Of a stretch of DNA of 64,000 nt, positions 31,422 to 40,240 are shown piece after piece. The notes beneath the pieces are model-generated. The model made no database searches. It saw only the letters and a list, made by a program, of their open reading frames with translations, and was not told the DNA's origin. This DNA is from Dehalococcoidia bacterium (GTDB lineage: Bacteria > Chloroflexota > Dehalococcoidia > Plut-88900), in the NCBI GenBank assembly GCA_965249275.1, contig CBDFLQ010000006.1, positions 96,001 through 160,000 on the forward strand. The letters are read 5' to 3'. The first letter of the stretch is position 1, and the number at the start of each line of letters is the position of its first letter. The position numbers and the translations under genes are program-made.

Positions 31422-31616
31422 GTCATACCGAAGCCCCGCGAGGAATCTGGGCCCTGCCCTCTCACCCCCTTCCTCCCCTCCCTCATTCCGCCAGAGCCAG
31501 TTCCGTACTTGATACGGGGGCCGGAACCTGAATGGTATGCGCGGAAACCGACGTCCCTGCACGCCTACCATCGTCCCCCTCTTTTCTTCGTCATCCCCGC
31601 GTCGGCGGGGACCCAC
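31422..31616. repeat. Cluster of REP-like palindromes
   Basis: Family A variant at 31422-31459, CCGTACTTGATACGG near 31503, GTCATCCCCGCGTCGGCGGGGACCCA near 31590. Confidence 0.7.
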
Positions 31617-31656
31617 ACGATCATTCGGGCACAGCGCACGCCTGCCGTACGAACCC

Positions 31657-32187
31657 TCACCCGGTAGGACCGGCGGGCGGGAGAGGGCCGGGGGAGCGGT
31701 CGGTTCCGGGGGTCGGCCAGATACGCAGGAGGACGGTCTCCGCTGGCGGGACGGGCATCATGGCGCGGCGCGGGAGGTCGCGGGACGCGAGCGCGCGCCT
31801 GACCGCCTCGGCGCTCGCCTCGGGCTCGGTAGAAGCACACGCCAGCACGACATCGACGCGCGCGGGAACGGCACGTCCCCAATGAACGACCGTCGCAAGT
31901 GCGCCGGGCTCGAGGTTCCGCCACCACGCGCCGTGGACGCTGGTCAACGCCTCGAGCGCGCCGTCGTCCGCGCGGCGGTAGGCGACGGGTGTCTCGTAGC
32001 GCTTGCCGGTGCGCCTGCCCTCGAAGCACAGGACGATGACGTGCCGGCTCATCAGTCCGTGCAGTGGTGAGCGGAGTAGGGCGCGCGCGAGGGGGTTGAT
32101 CTTGGGGAAAACGGCAGGCACGAGCCGCCGCGCCACCCACCTCGCGATGGCCGTCCTGAGCGAGTACGTCTTGATACGCGTTCTCAC
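31657..32187 (-). CDS. Deazaflavin (F420)-dependent nitroreductase-like split-barrel protein
   Basis: NPLARALLRSPLHG...GRRTGKRYETPVAY...WWRNL; visibly higher GC than its flanks. Confidence 0.7.
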   Translation of the reverse strand: MRTRIKTYSLRTAIARWVARRLVPAVFPKINPLARALLRSPLHGLMSRHVIVLCFEGRRTGKRYETPVAYRRADDGALEALTSVHGAWWRNLEPGALATVVHWGRAVPARVDVVLACASTEPEASAEAVRRALASRDLPRRAMMPVPPAETVLLRIWPTPGTDRSPGPLPPAGPTG

Positions 32188-32390
32188 TCGCCGGACCGCC
32201 CGTTTACCGCTCTCAAGCCAAGCATGCCGATGAGAGTAGCGGAGACGGCGGGGGCGTGTCTATCATCGGCGGGGCACTTGGCGAGGCCCGCTTCCCCTCC
32301 AGCGCGTAGCGCTCGAGCAGTTGATAGGCGGTCGGGGCGAAACCCCGTTGCGCGAACGAATCCCGCCTCTCTACCCTACCCCTTCCCTCC

Positions 32391-32766
32391 GTCATCCCGG
32401 CCCCCGAGAGCCGGAATCCATCCCCAGGTGCGGCGGGGCCGCTCACCCTGAGCCCCGTCGAAGGGTCGAGCGTGGGGTGGCACACGTACTGCCAATCCGT
32501 CAAGCCTGCCTTCATCCCAACCCACCCCCTTTACACTGTCATCCCGAGGCCCCGCGAGGGATCTAGGACTTGCCCTCTCACACCCTTCCTCGCCTTTCCT
32601 CCCCCTCCCCACTTGGTAACGATATATCAGCCATGTTGCTCTGCAACATGGCTGATATATCAATAAAACAGGGCGGGTGGGCGGGACTCAACTTATCCCG
32701 GCGGGGTCGGGAGGGGCGTGTCCTACCCCCTCTCCCTCTGATGGGAGAGGGTTGGGGTGAGGGTGA
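32391..32766. repeat. Mosaic of REP families C, D, A and B, duplicated at about 45292-45643
   Basis: GTCATCCCGGCCCCCGAGAGCCGGAATCC; GCTCACCCTGAGCCCCGTCGAAGGGTCGAGCG; family A at 32538-32575; AACGATATATCAG..TAAAACAGGG; family B. Confidence 0.8.
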
Positions 32767-32798
32767 TCCTCTTCCCGGGTAGGTGTGGCATAATCCCC

Positions 32799-32828
32799 TT
32801 GACCTTATATGAACACTTGTGCTATATT
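32799..32828 (+). promoter_or_regulatory. Sigma70 promoter with LexA-like operator (element 1)
   Basis: TTGACC-N18-TATATT with GAACACTTGTGC (32811-32822) in the spacer. Confidence 0.7.
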
Positions 32829-33071
32829 AGCCTCCAGGTCCCGACACCCCACGTCGGCCCTAATCAGGAAAAGGACCAAGGAGTTCCATGAGTCGCATGG
32901 CCCACACATCGGCCCGTCGTTACCGAGCGGTATGGGACCGCCCGGCCACCGACACGCGCCTCCTCCCCAATCCCTATTCGCCCTGTCCCCATCTCAACAC
33001 CCACTACAAGCGCTGCCCAAAGGCCCAACGCCTGTGCCTTCGCAGCGATCAATCATCGTCCCGCCCCCTGC

Positions 33072-33636
33072 ATGGAAGGTCCCCGGACAAATCAAGGCAC
33101 GCCCTGCTGCAGGGCAGCCGCCTCCGCATCAGCGCCCCCGTCGAGGGGCATACTTACGTCGCCGACGTAGTCCTTGCCGGCGAATCCCAACAGTCGGATG
33201 AGCGCCGACTCAAAACCAACGCACCATTTAAGGATTCCACCGTCGTCACAACCGGAGAACTTCCGACTACGAACGCCGGTCACTGGTCCACGCTCCTATC
33301 CCTTGGGATGGTCGAGCACTTCTGGTGGACGGGACTGCCCCACAGCGAGAATTTCTCGCGTCTCGTCCACATCCCCTCAGAAGTTAGGGGCTATCGCACA
33401 GCCGTCGCCGATGTCAAACCTCCGTTGAGGCGGACACCGCGCATCGGTGCAATGGCTGGGCGCTTCTGGTGGTCGAGACTGCCCCACACCGAGATTCCCT
33501 CGCGTCTCCTCCACGTCCTCTCAGAAGCTCGGGGCTGTCGCAGAGTCGTCGCCGATGTGGAACATCCGCTGTGGCGGACAATAGGCATCGGTGCAGGCGT
33601 CGCCGTCTTCTTGCGCAACCGTCCGGGACCTTCCAT
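33072..33636 (+). ncRNA. Candidate large structured RNA, copy 1
   Basis: Closing stem ATGGAAGGTCCCCGGAC / GTCCGGGACCTTCCAT, many internal hairpins, 144-nt tandem domain duplication. Confidence 0.55.
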
Positions 33637-33728
33637 CCCCTCCCCCTCTGCCCCTCTAACAACCAAAACAGGTGTATACTCCCTCCATCCGGCATCCGGC
33701 CTTAGTCACCGACACGGGAGCAAGCGCC

Positions 33729-35057
33729 ATGACGAAGCTGAAGGTCGCTCACTACCTGAACCAGTTCTTCGCCGGCATCGGCGGCGAGGACAAGGCCAAC
33801 ACTCCACCGGGCACCGAACCCCGGCCCCTCGGCCCCGGCAACTCCCTCCACCAGACCCTGACCTCCTCTGGCGATGGAGCCGTCGTCGCAACCGTATTCT
33901 GCGGCGACACCTATTTCACCGAAAATGAAGAGGAAGCCCTCGACCGCATCGTCGAACTCGTCCGGGACTCCGGTGCCGACGTTCTCGTCGCCGGGCCCGC
34001 TTTCGGGTCGGGACGCTACGGCCTCGCCTGCGCCCAAGTCTGCCAAAAAGTTGCTTCTTCCCTCGGAATTCCCGTTGTAGCCGGAATGCACCCCGCCAGC
34101 CCCGGCGCCGAGCAGTACAAGGGCCAAGTCTACATCGCCTCCACCGCCGAGACCGCGGTCGGCATGCCAGCCGCCATCTCGGTCATGGCAAAACTCGCCT
34201 TGAAGCTCGGGCGCGGTGAGGAGCTCGGCCCCGCCGACGAGGACGGCTACATCCCAACCGGCCGGGTGAAGACCCAGGTCCACGAAAAGACCATGGCCCA
34301 GAGACTTGTCGACATGGCCCTCAAGAAGGTCAGAGGCGAGCCTTTCGAGACCGAGTGGCCCCTCCCCACCATGGAAAAGATAGCCCCGGCGCCCGCCATT
34401 GACTCCCTGGCCGGAGCCCGTATCGCCCTTGTAACCGAGGGCGGTGTCGTCCCCAGGGGCAACCCCGACAAGATTCCCAGCGGTTGGGCCCGCCACTGGG
34501 CCCGCTACGACATCGGCGACACTTCAGACCTCACCGCCGAGGAATGGCAGTCGGTCCACGGCGGCTTCGACACCACCACGCTGAACCGTGATCCGGACAG
34601 AGTAGTGCCCCTTGACGTGATGCGTGACCTTGAGGAGGAGAAGGCCATAGGCAAGGTCCATGAGTATATGTACTCGACCGTCGGGAACCTTGGCTACGTT
34701 GCCAACATGAAGCAGTTCGGCCAGGACATCGCCGCCGAGCTTCAGGCCGCCGGCGTCCAGGGGGTGATCCTCACCGGCACCTGAGGCACGGGTACGCGTA
34801 GCGGCGCTACGCTCGCCAAAGAGTTGGAACGGGCCGGACTGCCCACCGCCTTCATCACTGCAATGGTCCCCTTGGCTCAGAGCATCGGTGCAAACCGCAT
34901 CGTCCAGGGCAAGTCGGTAACAACGACTACAGGAGACCCCAGTCTCCCCCCCGACGAAGAAAAGGCTTTCCGCCGAAGACTCGTCGAGAGGGCTCTTAAG
35001 TCCCTCCAGTCTACTCCACAGGACCAGGAAGTCGTCTGGGGCGAGGACCGGGGCTAG
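33729..35057 (+). CDS. grdB: Glycine/betaine/sarcosine reductase selenoprotein B (GrdB-like), Sec at TGA 34782-34784
   Basis: HYLNQFFAGIGGEDKA, AGPAF..GRYG, HGGFD...DPDRVVPLD, then GT-U-GTGTRSGATLAKELERAG...IGANRIV continuing in frame; SECIS-like hairpin follows. Confidence 0.9.
34785..34817 (+). promoter_or_regulatory. Bacterial SECIS-like hairpin
   Basis: GCGTAGC-GGC-GCTACGC (34796-34812), starting 12 nt after the UGA, with G in the loop. Confidence 0.75.
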
Positions 35058-36592
35058 ACCGCCACCCGCTCCAGGTCTTTCAGTATCGCCTTTGCTGCGT
35101 TGTGTCCCGGGGCCCCAGTGATCTCTCCGCCCGGGTGCGTCCCCGACCCACACATGTAGAACCGGGAGATGTTCGACCGGTACGGCATCCGCCCCGAGAA
35201 AATCTGTTTAGTCGTTATGTCTATGTGCCGGATGTTGCCGTCCGTGAGAAATTGCCTGATCTCGATGTCCTCCGGCGTCTGCAATGTACAGTCAACTATC
35301 GACTCCCGGAAGTTGGGCGCGTAGGTCGTCAGTATGTCTATAAGCTGCTCCCCGACCTTCGGCCCCTCCACGTCCCAGGAACCATCCTTAAGCTCCGCTG
35401 GCGCGTACAGCGTCCACGAAGAGAGCACGTGGTGGCCTGCCGGAGTCAACGACTTGTCGTAGATCGAGGGCATTTGCACATTCATTACCGGACAGCTTGA
35501 TGGATAGCCGTTCTTGGCATCGTCCCAGCTCTGCTGGAAGTAGTCCACTGAGGGACAGATGCGGAAGTAGGCGGTCAGCCGAGGGTCGTACCCTTCTCCC
35601 AGGTAACTGCTGAAGTCAGGAAGTTCCCTAAGCGCCACCAGCAGCTTGACACAGTTCGCCCGAGTACTAAGCCCGTCCACCTTTGTCTTCGTTGCCGCAT
35701 CTACGTCCGCCGGGTCCACCAGGTCCCGATAAGTGCGCTTCGGGTCGGCGTTGGACACGACCATGAAGCTCCTGATCTCTTCACCGTTCTCCAGCCTCAC
35801 CCCAACCGCCGTCCCGTCTTCGACAATTACTTTGTCGACTACAGTGTTCAACCTGATCTCGACCCCGAGGGACTCGGCGTACCGCGCCATTGCGAATGGC
35901 AGTTGGCTCATGCCTCCGCGCGGGATCCCGTAATTCTCCGGCTTGGTGAATGCATTCACCCTCAGGTAGGCAAGGCTTAGTATGCTGCCCGGTGCGCTCG
36001 GGTCACCGGCGTCCTGGGCATCGATGAAGTGCGCCTTCACCTGCGGATGCTCGAAGTGCCTGTCTACAAGGTCTCTCATGCTGACGGTGAGCATGGTCTC
36101 CCATACTTCCTCGTCGCTGGTGCCTCTTACGTCCTGGTACACCTCCGCAATCGTCGGAGGCTCCCGGAACCAGTACCTGTGCAGGATCGCTGAGGCCCGC
36201 TCCCAGAAGCTCGTCCATTCCGGGAACGCCCGGGCATCCCGCTCCGAGAATCGGGCCAGCTCCGCCGCGTTCCGGTGATTCTCCCGGTACGTCATGATGT
36301 AGTTGCCGTCCGGGAACGGATCGAACCGGAACGTCGTGAACGGTATTATGTCTAGCCCGTTGTCCCTCAGCTTCAGGTCGTCTATCACCCGGCCCTGCAT
36401 GATGTGCAGAATGTAGGCGCAGTAGGGGATGGTGAAGCCCGGGGCAAGCTCGTCACTGACCACGGCGCCGCCCACCATTTCAAGCCGTTCCAGCACCAGG
36501 ACTTTCAGTCCTTCCTGGGCCAGGTATCCCGCCGTGACGAGACCATTATGCCCCGCCCCGATGATGATGGCGTCGTATTCGTGTTGCTGCAT
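35054..36592 (-). CDS. Phytoene desaturase-like FAD-dependent oxidoreductase
   Basis: IIGAGHNGLV, PRGGM, VVSNAD, CGSGTHPGGEITGAPGHNAA. Confidence 0.88.
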   Translation of the reverse strand: MQQHEYDAIIIGAGHNGLVTAGYLAQEGLKVLVLERLEMVGGAVVSDELAPGFTIPYCAYILHIMQGRVIDDLKLRDNGLDIIPFTTFRFDPFPDGNYIMTYRENHRNAAELARFSERDARAFPEWTSFWERASAILHRYWFREPPTIAEVYQDVRGTSDEEVWETMLTVSMRDLVDRHFEHPQVKAHFIDAQDAGDPSAPGSILSLAYLRVNAFTKPENYGIPRGGMSQLPFAMARYAESLGVEIRLNTVVDKVIVEDGTAVGVRLENGEEIRSFMVVSNADPKRTYRDLVDPADVDAATKTKVDGLSTRANCVKLLVALRELPDFSSYLGEGYDPRLTAYFRICPSVDYFQQSWDDAKNGYPSSCPVMNVQMPSIYDKSLTPAGHHVLSSWTLYAPAELKDGSWDVEGPKVGEQLIDILTTYAPNFRESIVDCTLQTPEDIEIRQFLTDGNIRHIDITTKQIFSGRMPYRSNISRFYMCGSGTHPGGEITGAPGHNAAKAILKDLERVAV

Positions 36593-36615
36593 TTAATGTG
36601 CTCCCGGACCCCGGA

Positions 36616-37707
36616 TTAGTCGTACATGATCACGCTTCGAGCTATGTGCGCGTCCCTCATGTCGTCGAAAGCCTCGTTGATGTCTTCCAGCTTGATCCTC
36701 TTGGAAATTATCTCGTCCAGCTTCAGCCGACCCTGTCGGTACAGCTCCATGTACTGTGGCATATCCACCCGGAAGTGATTGGAGCCCATGTTGCTTCCCT
36801 GGATTCGGCGCCCGTCCAGCATGGATGGACCATCTATCGTGATCTTCGTCCCCTGCGGGATCATGCCGATAACAGTCGCCGTGCCCCCCTTGTCTAGCAT
36901 GTCGTAGCACTGCTCCGCCGTCACGGCCTTCCCGATCGCCTCGAAGGCATAGTCGACTCCCAGGCCTCCCGTGAGCGACTTTACCTTTTCAACTACCCCG
37001 CCCTTAGACGCATCTATTACGTTAGTTGCCCCAACCCTCTGCGCAAATCCCAGCTTGTCTTCCACGGCGTCTATCGCTATAACTTTCGCCGCCCCGGCAA
37101 TGATCGCTCCATTGATCGCGCTCAGCCCCACCCCGCCACACCCAACAACCGCCACCGTGCTCCCCGGCCTCACCCTGGCTGTCCTCATCGCCGCCCCGAC
37201 TCCCGTGGTCACACCACAGCCAATCAACGCCTGTACTTCGATTGGCACGTCCTCTTCCACAACCACCGCCGCATTCTCATGGACTAGCATATATTCCGCA
37301 AAGGAGGACAGGTTCATCGCTTGGTGGATAACCTCGTCGCCCTTGTGCAGGCGTGGCGACTCGTTACGCCCCCTCTTGAGGCCTACTCCCCTGCAGTTCA
37401 CCATTTCACCCTGGATGCACTTGTCGCAGGTGCCACAGAACACGGAAAGGCAGGTTATGACCCTGTCTCCTGGCTGATGGTACGTCACCTGAGACCCGAC
37501 CGCTGCCACCGTCCCCGCAGCCTCGTGTCCCAGGATAGTCGGCAGAGGGCACTTGTACAGCCCGTCTATATAGTGCAGGTCGCTGTGGCAGACGCCGGAG
37601 GCGCCGGTCTTTATCAGGATCTCTCGGGGTCCGGGCTCTCCAACGTCAACCTCTTCGATCGTTACGGGCTCGAAGGGCGCTCTCATGACAGCTGCTTTCA
37701 TCTTCAT
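36616..37707 (-). CDS. Zn-dependent alcohol dehydrogenase (class III-like)
   Basis: GVCHSD, GHEAAG, CGTCDKC, GCGGVG. Confidence 0.92.
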   Translation of the reverse strand: MKMKAAVMRAPFEPVTIEEVDVGEPGPREILIKTGASGVCHSDLHYIDGLYKCPLPTILGHEAAGTVAAVGSQVTYHQPGDRVITCLSVFCGTCDKCIQGEMVNCRGVGLKRGRNESPRLHKGDEVIHQAMNLSSFAEYMLVHENAAVVVEEDVPIEVQALIGCGVTTGVGAAMRTARVRPGSTVAVVGCGGVGLSAINGAIIAGAAKVIAIDAVEDKLGFAQRVGATNVIDASKGGVVEKVKSLTGGLGVDYAFEAIGKAVTAEQCYDMLDKGGTATVIGMIPQGTKITIDGPSMLDGRRIQGSNMGSNHFRVDMPQYMELYRQGRLKLDEIISKRIKLEDINEAFDDMRDAHIARSVIMYD

Positions 37708-37771
37708 TTCAGGGGTCCTCCTATGGATTGGGTCAATCGGCCTTGGTTATTCGTGTCGTCGTATGGTCAGG

Positions 37772-38854
37772 CTAATTAAAAGTGAGCACGCTGCGGGCCA
37801 CGTGACCTTCCTTCATATCGTCGAAGGCTTTGTTAACTTCGTCCAGACTGAGCTCTTGGGAGATCATCTCCTTCAGCTTCAATCGCCCTTGTAGGTACAG
37901 CTCTATGTAGCGGGGCATGTCGATCCGGAATCTGTTGGAGCCCATGCTGCTCCCGCCAATCCTTTTCTCGCTCAATAGCGAGGGGCCGTCCAGGTGGATC
38001 ATGGTCCCTTCCGGGATCATCCCGATAACCGTGGCCAAGCCCCCGGAATCGAGCATGTTGTACGCCTGCTCCGCCGTCTCTTTCAGCCCGATAGCCTCGA
38101 ATGAGTAATCTACGCCCCTCGGCGAGAGTGAAAACACCTTATCCACAGTCCCCCCACCCGAGGCGTCAATCACGTCGGTCGCCCCAAGCTCTCTCGCCAG
38201 CGCCAGCTTCGTCTCTATGGTATCGATGGCTATAATCCGCTCCGCACCCGCAAGCACCGCTCCCTGCAATGCGCTCAGACCGATGCCCCCCAACCCCAGC
38301 ACCGCAACCGTGCTTCCAGGTGCAACCTTTGCAGTGTTCAGGGCAGCGCCCACACCCGTCGTAACCGCACACCCGATCAACGCCACCTCTTCCAGGGGAA
38401 CGTCCTTCCGTATCTTGCAGGTGGCGTTTTCGTGGACCAGCATGTACTCGGCGAACGTGGACAGGGACGAAAACTGGTGCATGATGTCCCCGTTCTGTCG
38501 CAGGCGGGGCGGCTCGGTGGGGAGACGTTCCATTCCCTTACTACGGCATAGGTTAGGATGCCCGCTAAGGCACTTGTCGCATACGCCGCAGAATACCGAC
38601 AGGCAGGTGATCACATGGTCTCCCGGCTTGACGTAGGTCACCATCGAGCCTACGGCCTCTATCACCCCCGCTGCCTCGTCACCCAACACAGTGGGCAAGG
38701 GAAACGTGTACTTGCCTTCCATATAGTGGAGGTTGCTGTGGCACACCCCCGAGGCTACCGTCCGCACCACCACCTCGTTCGGCCCCGGATCGTCGATCTG
38801 TACGTCCTCAATGGTTAGCGGGGTATCGACCTCGCGTAGTACGGCTGCTTTCAT
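37772..38854 (-). CDS. Zn-dependent alcohol dehydrogenase (tandem paralogue)
   Basis: GVCHSN, GDEAAG (His replaced by Asp), CGVCDKC, GLGGIG. Confidence 0.9.
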   Translation of the reverse strand: MKAAVLREVDTPLTIEDVQIDDPGPNEVVVRTVASGVCHSNLHYMEGKYTFPLPTVLGDEAAGVIEAVGSMVTYVKPGDHVITCLSVFCGVCDKCLSGHPNLCRSKGMERLPTEPPRLRQNGDIMHQFSSLSTFAEYMLVHENATCKIRKDVPLEEVALIGCAVTTGVGAALNTAKVAPGSTVAVLGLGGIGLSALQGAVLAGAERIIAIDTIETKLALARELGATDVIDASGGGTVDKVFSLSPRGVDYSFEAIGLKETAEQAYNMLDSGGLATVIGMIPEGTMIHLDGPSLLSEKRIGGSSMGSNRFRIDMPRYIELYLQGRLKLKEMISQELSLDEVNKAFDDMKEGHVARSVLTFN

Positions 38855-39116
38855 GGGTCACCTCCCTATCGTGGGTCTCAATGCGGTGTAAGTTTAGTTA
38901 GCGGCACACAATGCGGGTCACGGGTGAGTTTATTATCCCCCGTCGCATGGCGTCAACACGTCTATCCTGCGTCAGAAAATACGTCCACGCCCGTGGTCCA
39001 CCCGCTGTCTTCCTCAATTCACCGAGGCTTATTGATGTAAGATGTACGAACGGAGCTGGTTACACAAGTAAGCACATTACTATTCCATATGCCAGTTTCC
39101 CACTAGGAGCTTGCCC

Positions 39117-39659
39117 ATGACGTCGCCATCGGGTTCCAAGATCATCATGGAAGGCCAATTTGACACGCGCTACATTGGATACTACCGCATTTGGGTGTCC
39201 ATGTTCCTTGTCATCACCGTAGTCGGCATTCTCTTCATACCGTTCTGGCTGATTTTCAGCCTGTGGTACGGCCCCGAGTCCATACGCCGCCTCTCCGTTC
39301 GGCTCACCCCAACCACCCTCGAAATCGGGAAAGGCGTCTACTTCCGTAAAGAAATCACCATTCCCCTGAGCCGCATCACCGACGTCCGGCTCCACGATGG
39401 CCCCCTGATGCGATTCTTCCGCATCCGCGGCCTTAAGGTCGAGACCGCAGGCCAGTCCGGGCAGACCTCCGGCACCGAGGGCGATCTGTTAGGCGTCATA
39501 GACGCAGTAGAGTTCCGGGACGCCATCCTGCGTGAACGGGAAAGGTCGGTGGAAGGTGTTCAGCCCGCTGTTGCCCCCTCCCCTGCCACTACCGGTGACG
39601 CCGACTCCGTCCTAACCGAAATCCGTGACATCCTCGCCCGCATAGAGTCAAAGGGCTGA
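39117..39659 (+). CDS. Bacterial PH-domain (bPH_2) membrane protein
   Basis: N-terminal TM hairpin, then GVYFRKEITIPLSRITDV..GPLMR..LKVETAG. Confidence 0.8.
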   Translation: MTSPSGSKIIMEGQFDTRYIGYYRIWVSMFLVITVVGILFIPFWLIFSLWYGPESIRRLSVRLTPTTLEIGKGVYFRKEITIPLSRITDVRLHDGPLMRFFRIRGLKVETAGQSGQTSGTEGDLLGVIDAVEFRDAILRERERSVEGVQPAVAPSPATTGDADSVLTEIRDILARIESKG

Positions 39660-39716
39660 ATGGCTTAAGACTAACCGGAGCGCGGCGCACTCCACTCACT
39701 TCCTCCCTTCAAACAC

Positions 39717-39762
39717 AAAAGGAATCGGCGAAAGCGCTGGCCGCTTTCGCCGATTCCTTTTT
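39717..39762. terminator. Bidirectional intrinsic terminator
   Basis: AAAAGGAATCGGCGAAAGCG-CTGGC-CGCTTTCGCCGATTCCTTTT between convergent genes. Confidence 0.85.
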
Positions 39763-39781
39763 CTGCAAAATAGTTGGGCAG

Positions 39782-40240
39782 CTACTCCGTAGTTACCTTC
39801 TCCCCCTCACCAAGTAGAGCGGCCTTCAGGGTATGCCAGGCCAGGCTTGCGCACTTGACTCGCATCGGGAATTGGCTGACCCCAGTTAGCGCCGCTAACT
39901 TGCCCAGCCTATCGATGGCCTCCATCATACCCATGTCGGTCTCCCCGGTCACCGACTGGTGGAACAGTTCAAACAGCTCCCCGGCTTCCTCTTTATTCAG
40001 ACCCTTCACCAACTCCGTCATCATCGATGCCGACGCCTTGGAAATAGCGCACCCATCCCCCTGAAACCCGACCGCCCTGATAGTTTCCCCGTCCAGCACG
40101 ACTTCCACGTTTATTATGTCCCCGCACAGCGGGTTGTACCCTTGCGCCGAGCCGTTGGCGTTTTCAAGAGGCCCGAAGTTTCGGGGCCGGTTGTTATGGT
40201 CCAGCACGGCTTGCTGATACAGGTCTGAAAGATCGCTCAT
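39782..40240 (-). CDS. sufU: SUF system NifU-type scaffold/sulfur transfer protein
   Basis: NPLCGD, GCAISKASAS, RVKCA. Confidence 0.93.
   Translation of the reverse strand: MSDLSDLYQQAVLDHNNRPRNFGPLENANGSAQGYNPLCGDIINVEVVLDGETIRAVGFQGDGCAISKASASMMTELVKGLNKEEAGELFELFHQSVTGETDMGMMEAIDRLGKLAALTGVSQFPMRVKCASLAWHTLKAALLGEGEKVTTE

Noticed and set aside
33317-33400. HDV-like ribozyme in the pseudoknot module
   Set aside because: A P1/P2/P3-like crossing is possible, but I could not assign P1.1, P4 or the catalytic-C junction.
34824-35057. Separate 77-aa gene, or a grdB pseudogene
   Set aside because: It is the in-frame C-terminus after a Sec UGA at the conserved position, followed by a SECIS-like hairpin.
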